Source: a virus
Lineage: Duplodnaviria; Caudoviricetes
DNA: 64,000 nt
Direction: 5' to 3' (one strand)
Virus record (IMG/VR): IMGVR_UViG_2847060657_000007
Coordinates: 20,959-84,958 of that record
Below, one piece after another: positions 10,573 through 20,176 of this stretch (position 1 is the first letter of the stretch; each line of letters begins with the position of its first letter). Below the pieces are notes generated by a model. That model was not told the origin of the DNA. It was given only the letters and a program-made list of their open reading frames with translations, and searched no databases. The position numbers were made by a program, and so were the translations under genes.

Positions 10573-10718
10573 GGGGGTATCTCCTTATGGGCAAGATGTC
10601 ATGTGTGTGATGTGTGTGGTATATATTTCTGGGCTGTGTTGAACAGGCATGCAGGGTTAATGAGAATGATTTAGGAGTGATTGGATTTTAGCATGGGGGG
10701 TGGGAGGGGTCAAGGGGG
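8006..10718. repeat. 2.7-kb promoter+vgrG core repeat, copy 2
   Basis: Direct sequence match to copy 1. Confidence 0.95.
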
Positions 10719-10804
10719 GGTACTATTTATGGAAAGTGCCCGAATTCGGACACTTTGGAGGCAACTTAAAGTTATGATTAGGGCAAGTGTGATTGCTTGG
10801 TTTT

Positions 10805-12121
10805 TTAATGACCAAAAATTTTAGCAGTTCTTCTGACCTGATTGGCTCGTTTGGACATTATGCCCATTCTAAGTAGAAACAACCCTGCTCGCAATGGTGC
10901 GGCAGCAACATTGACACCCGGGATAAGCAATGCCAATGTTGCACCAATTTCTAGTGCTAAAATAACCTTATCTGTTGTGGTTAACACAGGAAATGCAGAT
11001 GGTTTTGGTCTTTGTATTGTAATGATTTCTGGTCCAAGTTCCACGGATGGCAAATTATTCTCCAAGCTGTGCGATGATACAGGTTCAATTTCATTGGATT
11101 TGGTTGGTACGATAGATGTTGGTACATCCATATCATTCATCAGATATTCAGCTGCATCGTCTAAATCTTTTTTGCTAATTATTTCAATCGCTTGCCCCGT
11201 TTGGGTATCAATATAAACACCATTGCCATTTTCTGAAATAACAAGTTCCACATCTTTAAACAGCCACGGTGCCAAGTTTTCTAGCTCATCAACTGTCTGT
11301 TTGCTAACAGACATCTCAAGTTCTTGGCGACTGTATTTGACATCACCCAGCAAATCAATGACAGGCAGATTTTCAAACACCCATCGCTCAAGTTTATAAG
11401 CATCAGGCAGACGCTCTTTGGCAAAGATGGGCACCAATTCTGGCGAAAAGGCATACTCAGCATCCTCCTGCTCTTGCCAGTTATCATCTTCTGTGATGTG
11501 TAGGACGGAGAATCTGTCCTCACCTGCAATGTACTGGTAGTCCTTTTCTTGTCCTTCAGATAAAGAATCGTTGGGGAATTTCATCTCTACCACGCGCTTG
11601 ATGTTATCGGCATAATTGTGGTTATATACACTATACTCAGCAGAAACTTCACCCCCTGGCCAGCGACGCTCGGCATTTTTGACAATAATCAAATCAGGGC
11701 GACGGCGATAGGCATTTGGTACCACCCCCTCTTTATAGACCAATCGACTGTTCCAACCATTGGTGTGGCGGCGGTTATAACCCTTAGATGAGTCTCGTCC
11801 TTTTGCCTTGTTTTGGGTGAGATGAGGAATGGCGGGGATGGGGTTGGTCTCTCTAAAATCAGGGTCAGGCACGCTAAATGTGACCTCCGACTTATAATGC
11901 CATCGGTAATCAGCATGCTCTTGGTCTAGCTTAATCAGCAGATGAAACGCCGCTTGAAAGCTGCGAAACTCTTTTTTATCCTCAGTAGGCAAAGGGATAT
12001 TAATGCCTTTCATATGCTTTAAGACAAAATCACACTTTACCCAAATATAGCCTTTGTCAGGGGCATCCACCACGGCATACTCTGGGTCATTTTTTACTCG
12101 AGTAATATATTGGCTCATCAT
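10805..12121 (-). CDS. Second VRR-NUC (TseV-like) nuclease effector
   Basis: Likely start 12121 (GAGGTG RBS); YKSEVTF...RRRPDLIIVK...VVEMKFPNDSLSEGQEKDY. Confidence 0.8.
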   Translation of the reverse strand: MMSQYITRVKNDPEYAVVDAPDKGYIWVKCDFVLKHMKGINIPLPTEDKKEFRSFQAAFHLLIKLDQEHADYRWHYKSEVTFSVPDPDFRETNPIPAIPHLTQNKAKGRDSSKGYNRRHTNGWNSRLVYKEGVVPNAYRRRPDLIIVKNAERRWPGGEVSAEYSVYNHNYADNIKRVVEMKFPNDSLSEGQEKDYQYIAGEDRFSVLHITEDDNWQEQEDAEYAFSPELVPIFAKERLPDAYKLERWVFENLPVIDLLGDVKYSRQELEMSVSKQTVDELENLAPWLFKDVELVISENGNGVYIDTQTGQAIEIISKKDLDDAAEYLMNDMDVPTSIVPTKSNEIEPVSSHSLENNLPSVELGPEIITIQRPKPSAFPVLTTTDKVILALEIGATLALLIPGVNVAAAPLRAGLFLLRMGIMSKRANQVRRTAKIFGH

Positions 12122-12126
12122 CACCT

Positions 12127-13374
12127 CTATAATGGATTGGGCATAACAATCGCACCGCCATCCTCTCGGCTCATCAGACGCCACTTGACTGCACGGCGCA
12201 ATCTTTTTTTACCATTTTCAAGATACATCCCCTCCTCTGGAAAAGGCATGCCTTGTTGTAGATACATACTTTGCCATTCGCCCTCACCAAAAACAAAATC
12301 CACAGGTTGCCACATCCCACTGTGTGGCACAATGTGATAAGGGTGATAGTCAAGTGCCTGCCCAAAGATAGGAACCAAATTTAGCTTATTGCCGTTGGGG
12401 TTTAATACCCCTTGTTCAAAGTTGTCATTGTCCCAGCGTCTAAGCCAATAATAGGCATTAATCCACTGCAATGCACCACTGCCATATTGTGTATGGGGTG
12501 TTTGAATGGGGCGTGTTAAATGGGCTGCCACAACATAAGCAAGAGGTAGGGGCTGATGTTTGTTGGCAACTCTTGGCAAACTGCCAGCTTGGATGACCAT
12601 AGTCTGCCCCACCCTCTTCACCTCAACCTGTGGGTAGGCTTTAAGCGTTTGGGCATAATAAGGTTGTTCTAGTACTTTGTCCACAAAGGGCTGTCCGATA
12701 AAGCTAAGCCAGCTGATGCTGCGAATGCCACGATACCAGTCACTTGCTGAGAACGCCGAGCCATCAGCGGTAATGCCCCAATACTCTCTGGCAACATCCG
12801 CCTCATAATATGCATAAGGGTGTCTGTCGTAGGGTAATCTTGTGCTAAGCCCTGCATAGCCGTGAAACAGCTCACCGTCATAAGTGCCAAGTACATCCTC
12901 CACCCACTCTTGAATCTCGGCTCTGCCCTCTGCATCATAAAGTAAACTAACTGGCAGATGAATTTTTAGATAGCTAAAAAAATGGTCTGCCAGCGTCCCA
13001 ATAAAATAATCTTCGGCAAACTCGCCTGAGGTATTGGAAGTGAGGTGCCACTCGATGGCTTCTCTATAATTTTCAAACGCCAAAAACTTAGCCTTAGTAC
13101 TCTCAAAGCTTTTGTCGGTTAATTTCACAAAACCTCTTGAGCCTTTTTTAAAATGAGCTTTCATCGGATAGCGAGCTTTAAACCGTTCTAATAGGTTAAT
13201 TGTTTTTAATTTTTTTTCTGGACTATTATCATTTTCAAAATAAACCAAAATGATAAACGACAGTTTGGCATAAATATCGCCTGTCTGTTTTTGCCATAAA
13301 ATCTTATCTTCTGCCTTTTTTAGCTCCTCTATAATCGCCTCATCGGTGGGTGGGGTGTATTCAATATTAACCAT
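12127..13374 (-). CDS. DUF3396 (TsiV-like) immunity protein
   Basis: GIRSISWLSFIG and YWLRRWD motifs; paralogous to 5511-6806. Confidence 0.8.
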   Translation of the reverse strand: MVNIEYTPPTDEAIIEELKKAEDKILWQKQTGDIYAKLSFIILVYFENDNSPEKKLKTINLLERFKARYPMKAHFKKGSRGFVKLTDKSFESTKAKFLAFENYREAIEWHLTSNTSGEFAEDYFIGTLADHFFSYLKIHLPVSLLYDAEGRAEIQEWVEDVLGTYDGELFHGYAGLSTRLPYDRHPYAYYEADVAREYWGITADGSAFSASDWYRGIRSISWLSFIGQPFVDKVLEQPYYAQTLKAYPQVEVKRVGQTMVIQAGSLPRVANKHQPLPLAYVVAAHLTRPIQTPHTQYGSGALQWINAYYWLRRWDNDNFEQGVLNPNGNKLNLVPIFGQALDYHPYHIVPHSGMWQPVDFVFGEGEWQSMYLQQGMPFPEEGMYLENGKKRLRRAVKWRLMSREDGGAIVMPNPL

Positions 13375-13461
13375 AAAAAGCTCCTTGTATTGCTTGATAT
13401 TCTTGAGGTTGGATAAAGTGTTGAGAGTTGATTTGGTTGGATTATAACAAATTATAAATCA

Positions 13462-16314
13462 TTAATCATCAATGTACTCAAAAAATAACTCCACACTGTC
13501 CTTGCCCGCCACATATAATGTGCGGGTTTTGATTGGCTTAGGTTTGTCGTTAATAAGCTCTAGGCTTTCAGCCTGAACTGTAGTTACTATCATAGTTTCA
13601 CCACGAGCATTTGTTCTACCTTGAATTTTCCTATTATCACTGACATTTATCTGATACGGATAGTTCGCTAATGGTTTGTTGGTTCTGCTGGAGGTGATGA
13701 TATATTGACCAACAAATGGATGTCTAAGCTTGGGCACCTCATACCCCACATACTCACCCCCCTCCATCACCTTCTCATTACTCTTGACTTGAAACACCCC
13801 AGGTGTTGTGATAAACACGCCTTGTTCGTTCATTTTAAACTCAGAACCACAGATGTTGATGGATAATTGAGTGGGGCTTGTGATTTGGATTTTACCTTCT
13901 GTTGAGATAATCTCTATGTTGTCTTTGGCGATGTGTTTGATTTGACCATCTTGAGCTTGTAGTTCTATGTCGTCTTTGGCGGTGTAGTGCTTAATGCCTC
14001 CTGTTTGGACAAAGACTCTGATGCCGTTTTGGACGGTTAGGTTATATTTTGAGGTGGTGGCAAGGCTTAGGTCTTTGTTTGTGGTGATGGCAAGGTTGTT
14101 GTCGGTGGTGATGTGAATGTTTTGTTTGGCAGTCAGACTCATGCCCGCCAGTGAGGCAAGGGCAATATGTGGGTTTGATAGCTCTGGATGACTTAGGGTG
14201 TCATCTGAGTCGTCATCATGGTGATTGGCATGGTCTACACCCTCCCCTGTCATGCTTGTGTTAAGCTCATCTAAGGTGGGCATGAGCGTGTCATCCAAGG
14301 CTCGCTCTTCGCATTGTGCTTGGATGCTACTTTGTATGAGTGATGAGTGGGTGCTTGTGGCATTCTGTAGCTGAGCTGTGGTCTCTTTAATGTCTTTGAT
14401 GTGACTTGTGGCATGTGGCCTCCCATGCGTGGTAATCACCATGCCTTTATCTGCTCTTATCACCCCATGTCCATCAGTTCTTACCTCAAAGCCCTCGCCT
14501 CGGTATTCACCTCGTCCTTGGGGGGTGGTAAGACGTCTGATGTGTCCTAGGTTAATCTCGGTGTGTAGGTGGTCGGATTTTAGGTGGGTTTGGAGTTTGT
14601 CTTTAGTGTCATCCATGATGAGTTGGTTGGATTTGTCTCCCCCATACTCTTTGGAGCGGATGCCAGAGAGGACTTTTTCATGAGGGAGGGTGTATAGAGG
14701 CATGTTGTTTGGATTGGTCAAAGAGCCTGCCACATAGGGCATGTCAGGATTGCCTCCAAAGAAGTCAATGATGACCTCTTGGCCTGCTCTGGGCAGTGCA
14801 ATGTGCCCATAGTGATCTCCTGCCCAGGTACTGGCAACACGAAGATAGCAGGTGTTTATCTGACTTAGGTCATCTTTGTCATCACCGGTGCGATTGTCTA
14901 CAAGGTGTCTTTGGGCGAGTGTGGGTTTGTCCCAGTGGAACTTAACTTTGATGCGACCGTATTGGTCGGTGTGTATCTCTTCACCTTCTTGGGCGACGAC
15001 AGTGGCGGTTTGGGTGCGGGCAGGGGGTCTTGGGCAGGGGGTTGTGGGTACAAGCGGATGTGTGGCAGGGTATGCAGTAAAGCTTGTATCAGCGGTGTAG
15101 TACTGATGGGTGTTGTTGTCTTCATCGATGGGTTTGATGCTCATCTGTAAGGCGTAGACGACCCAGTCGGTATTCATGCTTTGATGAGGGTGACCTGTTA
15201 GGGTAAATAAGTGGGCAACCTGTATGCCCTTTAGTCTGCCATGTGCGGTGGCACTTAGGCTTTGATGCCGATAAGCGGCGGTGAGCTGTTCGTTTTTTGT
15301 GGCTAGCTCATCACCCCCTGCTCGTCTGCCTTGATGCCATTCATAGCGTTGTAGGTGATGGATGAGTGCTTGATGTGGTTTGTGTGTGTCAGTTTGCACC
15401 CCTTTTATGGTATCATGAGCCATTAGGGGTTCATTAGGGGCTTTAAACTGATAATCAGATAAGAGACTTTGGGCACAGGTCAGTCTGCTTTTGGGGGTAA
15501 AGTGTTCTAGGTATTCAGCATACGCTGGCATACGCTGATTGGGCAGGTTGAGTGTTAGGGTGTCATAAAAGGGATTGGCGTGTCTTTTTAGGTGACTGAC
15601 ATGGTCGGTGATGATTAGGGTGTGATTGTCTTTGGTGTGTTCAAAGTAAAAGCTGATGCCATGCTCACTCATAAGGCGAGTGATGAATGCGTGGTCTGAT
15701 TCGTCATATTGGGTTTGGTAGTCTTGTTTAGGATAGTCATGGGTGAGTTCAAACTGCCAAGGATAAGGGTAGCAGGATAACACCTCTTCGATGATTTGTG
15801 GGATGGATTTGTGTTGGTGGATGTGATAGTTATTTGTTTTGGTGAGTAGGTAAGTCCATGGAGATAAGGTGAGTTCATAGACGGCATGCCTGTTGTGTGT
15901 GGTGAGTTTGGCACAGCCGGTGATGATGCCATGTCTTGTGACTTGTCCTGTGATGGTCCTATCATCGATGGGGTGTTTGTCATTTAAGTCAAGGGATATG
16001 CCTAAGGGCGTGCCGATGAGGGCGGTTAGGTCTAAGTGAGAGGCGACGCTTTGGTAGGAGATGGTGTCTTGGTGGGGGGTAGCCTCTTTGGGGTGGATGA
16101 TACTGCCATGATAAGCTTCAAAACTGACATAACCTTCTAGTCCCTCTATACCATGGGCAGGGTTGCCATGTTCGTCTTTGGCTTTGACGATGAGTTTGTA
16201 TTCAAACAGTCCGTTGATACTCTCTACCCCTTGTAAGCTGTCGAACCATAGATAAGGAGTGCCAGATACACTTTTGGGCAGATAAACAGAGTGTAGATGA
16301 GCACGATGGTTCAT
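13462..16314 (-). CDS. vgrG: Type VI secretion spike VgrG, copy 3
   Basis: Identical core, third distinct tip. Confidence 0.95.
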   Translation of the reverse strand: MNHRAHLHSVYLPKSVSGTPYLWFDSLQGVESINGLFEYKLIVKAKDEHGNPAHGIEGLEGYVSFEAYHGSIIHPKEATPHQDTISYQSVASHLDLTALIGTPLGISLDLNDKHPIDDRTITGQVTRHGIITGCAKLTTHNRHAVYELTLSPWTYLLTKTNNYHIHQHKSIPQIIEEVLSCYPYPWQFELTHDYPKQDYQTQYDESDHAFITRLMSEHGISFYFEHTKDNHTLIITDHVSHLKRHANPFYDTLTLNLPNQRMPAYAEYLEHFTPKSRLTCAQSLLSDYQFKAPNEPLMAHDTIKGVQTDTHKPHQALIHHLQRYEWHQGRRAGGDELATKNEQLTAAYRHQSLSATAHGRLKGIQVAHLFTLTGHPHQSMNTDWVVYALQMSIKPIDEDNNTHQYYTADTSFTAYPATHPLVPTTPCPRPPARTQTATVVAQEGEEIHTDQYGRIKVKFHWDKPTLAQRHLVDNRTGDDKDDLSQINTCYLRVASTWAGDHYGHIALPRAGQEVIIDFFGGNPDMPYVAGSLTNPNNMPLYTLPHEKVLSGIRSKEYGGDKSNQLIMDDTKDKLQTHLKSDHLHTEINLGHIRRLTTPQGRGEYRGEGFEVRTDGHGVIRADKGMVITTHGRPHATSHIKDIKETTAQLQNATSTHSSLIQSSIQAQCEERALDDTLMPTLDELNTSMTGEGVDHANHHDDDSDDTLSHPELSNPHIALASLAGMSLTAKQNIHITTDNNLAITTNKDLSLATTSKYNLTVQNGIRVFVQTGGIKHYTAKDDIELQAQDGQIKHIAKDNIEIISTEGKIQITSPTQLSINICGSEFKMNEQGVFITTPGVFQVKSNEKVMEGGEYVGYEVPKLRHPFVGQYIITSSRTNKPLANYPYQINVSDNRKIQGRTNARGETMIVTTVQAESLELINDKPKPIKTRTLYVAGKDSVELFFEYIDD

Positions 16315-16459
16315 GGGGGTATCTCCTTATGGGCAAGATGTCATGTGTGTGATGTGTGTGGTATATATTTCTGGGCTGTGTTGAACAGGCATGCAGGGTT
16401 AATGAGAATGATTTAGGAGTGATTGGATTTTAGCATGGGGGGTGGGAGGGGTCAAGGGG
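13753..16459. repeat. 2.7-kb promoter+vgrG core repeat, copy 3
   Basis: Direct sequence match to copy 1. Confidence 0.95.
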
Positions 16460-16565
16460 ACAAGTGTCCAATCTAGATGTTTTTAAGATAGGAAGTGTCT
16501 GAGTTTGGGTGCTTGGGAGTAAAAACACAGCTGGAAGCTGTGTTTTTTGGGGTGTGTTTAACGGA

Positions 16566-16874
16566 TTATTTTTTTGCATTGGCGAGGATTTCTTCTGGGA
16601 TGAGACTGATGCCATGCTCTGTGAGTTTGTACCAAACATAAGCCTGTGATTTAGATAAGTGACTTGGGGTTGGGTAAATGGGTGATACATCACCGATGTT
16701 TAGGTAGATGACTTTTTTAGTCATGCGGTCTTGGTAATAACCCGATACAGTCGCAGGTTGTCCTTCTTGGATGATGCAGGTTTCATCGTATTTGGGTGAG
16801 GTGGTTGGTGGGCTATTTTGAGAGGCAACAAAGGCGGCAGCACTCTCTGGGGTGATGCCAAGATTGTCTACCAC
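16566..16874 (-). CDS. Small hypothetical protein, possibly a C-terminal fragment of an immunity protein
   Basis: 102-aa ORF with GTG start; GQPATVSGYY motif; abuts the 52-bp toxin-tail repeat. Confidence 0.4.
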   Translation of the reverse strand: MVDNLGITPESAAAFVASQNSPPTTSPKYDETCIIQEGQPATVSGYYQDRMTKKVIYLNIGDVSPIYPTPSHLSKSQAYVWYKLTEHGISLIPEEILANAKK

Positions 16875-16879
16875 CCTGT

Positions 16880-16931
16880 TTTAACATTCATACGAGTGTT
16901 GGCTCGCTCACTTTCAGGAATTGCTTTGATG
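16880..16931. repeat. 52-bp direct repeat, copy 2
   Basis: Identical to 604-655. Confidence 0.95.
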
Positions 16932-16965
16932 TTCGCCATCAAGCAGTTGGTGGGTTTTGGTGAAT

Positions 16966-17364
16966 TTAATCATAAATTATATCAAATTCTTCTGATGCAA
17001 TTCCCCAACCCAAAATCCCAGAAACAAGCAGATAACATTGCATTTTAATTGGTGATTGAATGGGCTTTTCTACGCATAGCCTATTATCTTTATTTTGACA
17101 TACATTTAACTTGAATTTGACTTGATGATTATGTATTAATACATCATGATCCTGAATTCTGTCATCATGATCATTTGTGCATATCATTCTTTTTGCAGGA
17201 TTTTGGCTTATATCTTCATAATCAAATCCATTAAGACTTTTGATATCAGCAACACCCATTAAGTCTATATTGTCATTTTCTAATCTAATGGATTGCAATT
17301 GTACAGATATTTTTTGTGGCTCACAAGCCACTAAAAATATACAAAGAAAAATAAAATATTTCAT
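16966..17364 (-). CDS. Lipoprotein, putative immunity for the lipase effector
   Basis: MKYFIFLCIFLVAC lipobox; 4-bp overlap with the effector stop. Confidence 0.7.
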   Translation of the reverse strand: MKYFIFLCIFLVACEPQKISVQLQSIRLENDNIDLMGVADIKSLNGFDYEDISQNPAKRMICTNDHDDRIQDHDVLIHNHQVKFKLNVCQNKDNRLCVEKPIQSPIKMQCYLLVSGILGWGIASEEFDIIYD

Positions 17365-18575
17365 GGTCTCACCTTCTTTAATTCGTTTATCAAAATATCT
17401 GATGCTGAATGCGTATTGTTTTTAAAATACTTACTAGAAATCAACATTGTTTGTGCCTGATAGTGATGAGCACTGGAAGTTACTTGGTAGGTAGCTTTCG
17501 CTGTATCATCATCATACCAACGCCCACCAAGGTCGGCAATAATATCACTATCATCATTCGTTGTTGGTTTAGAATACACATTAATCCAAATATTACTAAT
17601 TGGATCTGGTTCAAAAATATAAATATCAGCCTTTCCCACAAAGCCCATGGGTGTAGGGGTCAATAAAATTTTACTAAGTCTAGTGCCGACAAGATCTATT
17701 GTAATCAAACAATTCACTTTACATATCTTATTTTTTGACAATTCCTCAGCCAAACCAGCAACATTCCATCCTCTAAAACTATGCCCAACCAAATTAATCT
17801 GGGTTTTTGGCTCTTTTTTTAGAATTTCTTTAATATCTGACATAAGATTGAGCAATAGATGATCGCCATATTTTTTTGCGATACTATAATTACCGTAAGC
17901 CTCTTCATAACCATAGTATTCAAAGGAGGCATTAACAACATCTCTTGGCAATATCTTCTTAAAATCTGTTAGACAATCCAACATAATATTGGTTGGATTA
18001 TTGAGATATTCATATTTTTTAGGAATGTAACGTTCAAATCTCTCTTTACTAAACTTATATTTATCCATGGCTCCACCAACAAAAGCTGTAAAGCTAGCTT
18101 TTGGAGCATTAGTATTGATATTTTGGGTTTTATGTGTATTAGCACTTTGCCCATTCACCCCCTGAGTTACACCCCATGTCAAAACAGTAGGAGTCCCTCC
18201 TTCATAAAACCAATTGCCATAAATGTCTCGTACTTTTTTGAAATCACCCTTAGTGCCTTTTTGATATGTCTCAAACCCAACATTATTACTCCTATTATTC
18301 GGATTGCAAACTACTTTATCAATACCAGTTTTAGCCTCAAAAAGCACAACAGGGTCCATCTCAATGGCTAGATAACCATTTTTATCATGTCGTGAATTTC
18401 TCTTAAATTTCACCTGTTTCATTTTAATTGGCTGACTGTATTCTCTGGTTACACCCTTAAAGTAGGCAAACTTTGTCGCAATCACAGTGCAACGAAAACT
18501 ATCCGCCGTCAAAGGATGTTTAATCATAATGCGTAATTGTGCATAAATATTTTTCTCAGGGGCTGGGTTTGACAC
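17361..18575 (-). CDS. Alpha/beta-hydrolase (Tle-like lipase) effector with altered motifs
   Basis: INLVGHSFRG and LITIDLVG resemble GHSxGG and IDPVG. Confidence 0.65.
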   Translation of the reverse strand: MSNPAPEKNIYAQLRIMIKHPLTADSFRCTVIATKFAYFKGVTREYSQPIKMKQVKFKRNSRHDKNGYLAIEMDPVVLFEAKTGIDKVVCNPNNRSNNVGFETYQKGTKGDFKKVRDIYGNWFYEGGTPTVLTWGVTQGVNGQSANTHKTQNINTNAPKASFTAFVGGAMDKYKFSKERFERYIPKKYEYLNNPTNIMLDCLTDFKKILPRDVVNASFEYYGYEEAYGNYSIAKKYGDHLLLNLMSDIKEILKKEPKTQINLVGHSFRGWNVAGLAEELSKNKICKVNCLITIDLVGTRLSKILLTPTPMGFVGKADIYIFEPDPISNIWINVYSKPTTNDDSDIIADLGGRWYDDDTAKATYQVTSSAHHYQAQTMLISSKYFKNNTHSASDILINELKKVRP

Positions 18576-18602
18576 ATTTTGCTCCTTTTTTAATTGTTAA
18601 CA

Positions 18603-19503
18603 TGTAAAATAAACCCCCGTTATTTACAGTATTAAGGTAAAATACTGCAAATGAACATACACAAAAACACAAGACTGCTTCCCCACCATAGGAAAGCCAT
18701 TTGAACTGCTTACCATAAGAACAAGCAATCAGTGACTTCACTGGCACTCGAGTACAAAGTATCAAGACCTACCATTTACAAGGTCTTAAAACTTGCTCGC
18801 ATTAAACTCCTTAAGCCTCAAACCAGTACCAATAATCGCTTTAAACAAGCCAAGTATGGCATTAAACGCTTGGCTAAGGTTGAAAAATCCATTCAAGACA
18901 AACTCAAAAGGCAAGCCAAGCGATACAACAAGTCCTATTTTGGTGAGATGGTTCATGTAGATGCCAAACGCTTACCTTTACTTAAAGGACAAAGTACAAA
19001 CAGTCCTAGAGAATATCTGTTTGTTGCCGTAGATGACTATTCTTGTGAACTGTATGCTGCCATACTGCCTGACAAAACAGCCTTTGGTGCAGCACAGTTT
19101 CTGGTAGAGCAAGTGATAGAACCTTGTCCTTACCAAATTGATGTTATTTACTCTGACAATGGCACTGAATTTAAAGGCACAACACAGCATGAATTTGTCA
19201 AAGTATGTTATGATAACCACATCAACCAAAAATTTACCAAAGTAGGCAGACCACAAACCAATGGCAAAGCTGAACAGGAGATACGAACATTGATGGAGCT
19301 TTGGCATCATCAACATGAGTTTGTCAGCAGTGAACATAGAAAGCAAGAATTAACCAGATTTCTTAATTTCTATAACACTGTTAGACCACATTCATCTTTA
19401 ACCAAAAAAGATGAGATTACAGGAAAAACTTTGACTTTTACGCCTTATGAATGGTTAGAGTTTTATTTTAAACAAAGTGTAAATAACGGGTGAGGTTTTT
19501 ACA
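18603..19503 (+). mobile_element. IS481-family element with inactivated transposase
   Basis: Imperfect 26-bp IRs TGTAAAATAAACCCCCGTTATTTACA / TGTAAAAACCTCACCCGTTATTTACA; ORF MNIHKNTRL from 18651 has an in-frame TGA at 18702-18704; DDE/rve motifs. Confidence 0.9.
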
Positions 19504-19601
19504 GATAATTTATAAATATAAAAAATAAATATATTGGTTTTATTGATAGCTTTATTATTTATCAAGGAATTTTACAGTTTTTCAATACAAATTTAAACAA
19601 C

Positions 19602-19633
19602 AAAAAGCCCAAACCTTTCGATTTGGACTTTTT
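19602..19633 (-). terminator. Intrinsic terminator downstream of the tRNA fragment
   Basis: Minus strand AAAAAGTCCAAA-loop-TTTGGGCTTTTT. Confidence 0.7.
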
Positions 19634-19639
19634 GAAATT

Positions 19640-19684
19640 TGGAGCGGGAAACGAGATTCGAACTCGCGACCCCAACCTTGGCAA
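19640..19684 (-). other. 3' half (45 bp) of tRNA-Gly(GCC): att-site scar
   Basis: Minus strand TTGCCAAGGTTGGGGTCGCGAGTTCGAATCTCGTTTCCCGCTCCA; no D arm or 5' acceptor strand upstream. Confidence 0.85.
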
Positions 19685-19846
19685 TGTCAGCCACCAAAGT
19701 CGCCTAGATAACCTTAACCCTTAAAAACAAGCCATAACAAGCATTTATGGTTTGTTTTTTTGTAAAAATTATTTGCCAATAAAGGTAATTTTAAGTAATA
19801 TTGTAAGATATTATCACATCAATCACTCTATCAATGAGGACTAGTC

Positions 19847-20167
19847 ATGGTAGCAGGTTCAGAAATTAAAATAAATGAGCATGGTGTATTCATTACCACA
19901 CCGAAGATTTTCAAAGTCAAAGCAGAGACAACAAAGCTTCTGGAGGGTGAGCAGGTACCCATGCCCAACTTGCCCTTCTTACCCAAGCTCTACACGCTGT
20001 GTTTTTACTTTACCAATGATGATAATGTGCCATATGCTCATACTACTTATACTGCCCACAATAAAGTAACGGGCGAGCTATTCGAGGGGATTACTGACGA
20101 TAAGGGCAAGACACAAGTGTTTTATACAGACTCCCAAGAGGATATCGAAATTCATCTAGATATTTAA
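19847..20167 (+). CDS. Stand-alone VgrG C-terminal tip (end of DUF2345 plus transthyretin-like domain)
   Basis: GSEIKINEHGVFITTP aligns with GSEFKMNEQGVFITTP of the full VgrGs; GITDDKGKTQV aligns with the vgrG2 tip; own GAGGA RBS. Confidence 0.75.
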   Translation: MVAGSEIKINEHGVFITTPKIFKVKAETTKLLEGEQVPMPNLPFLPKLYTLCFYFTNDDNVPYAHTTYTAHNKVTGELFEGITDDKGKTQVFYTDSQEDIEIHLDI

Positions 20168-20176
20168 GGAGTTATT

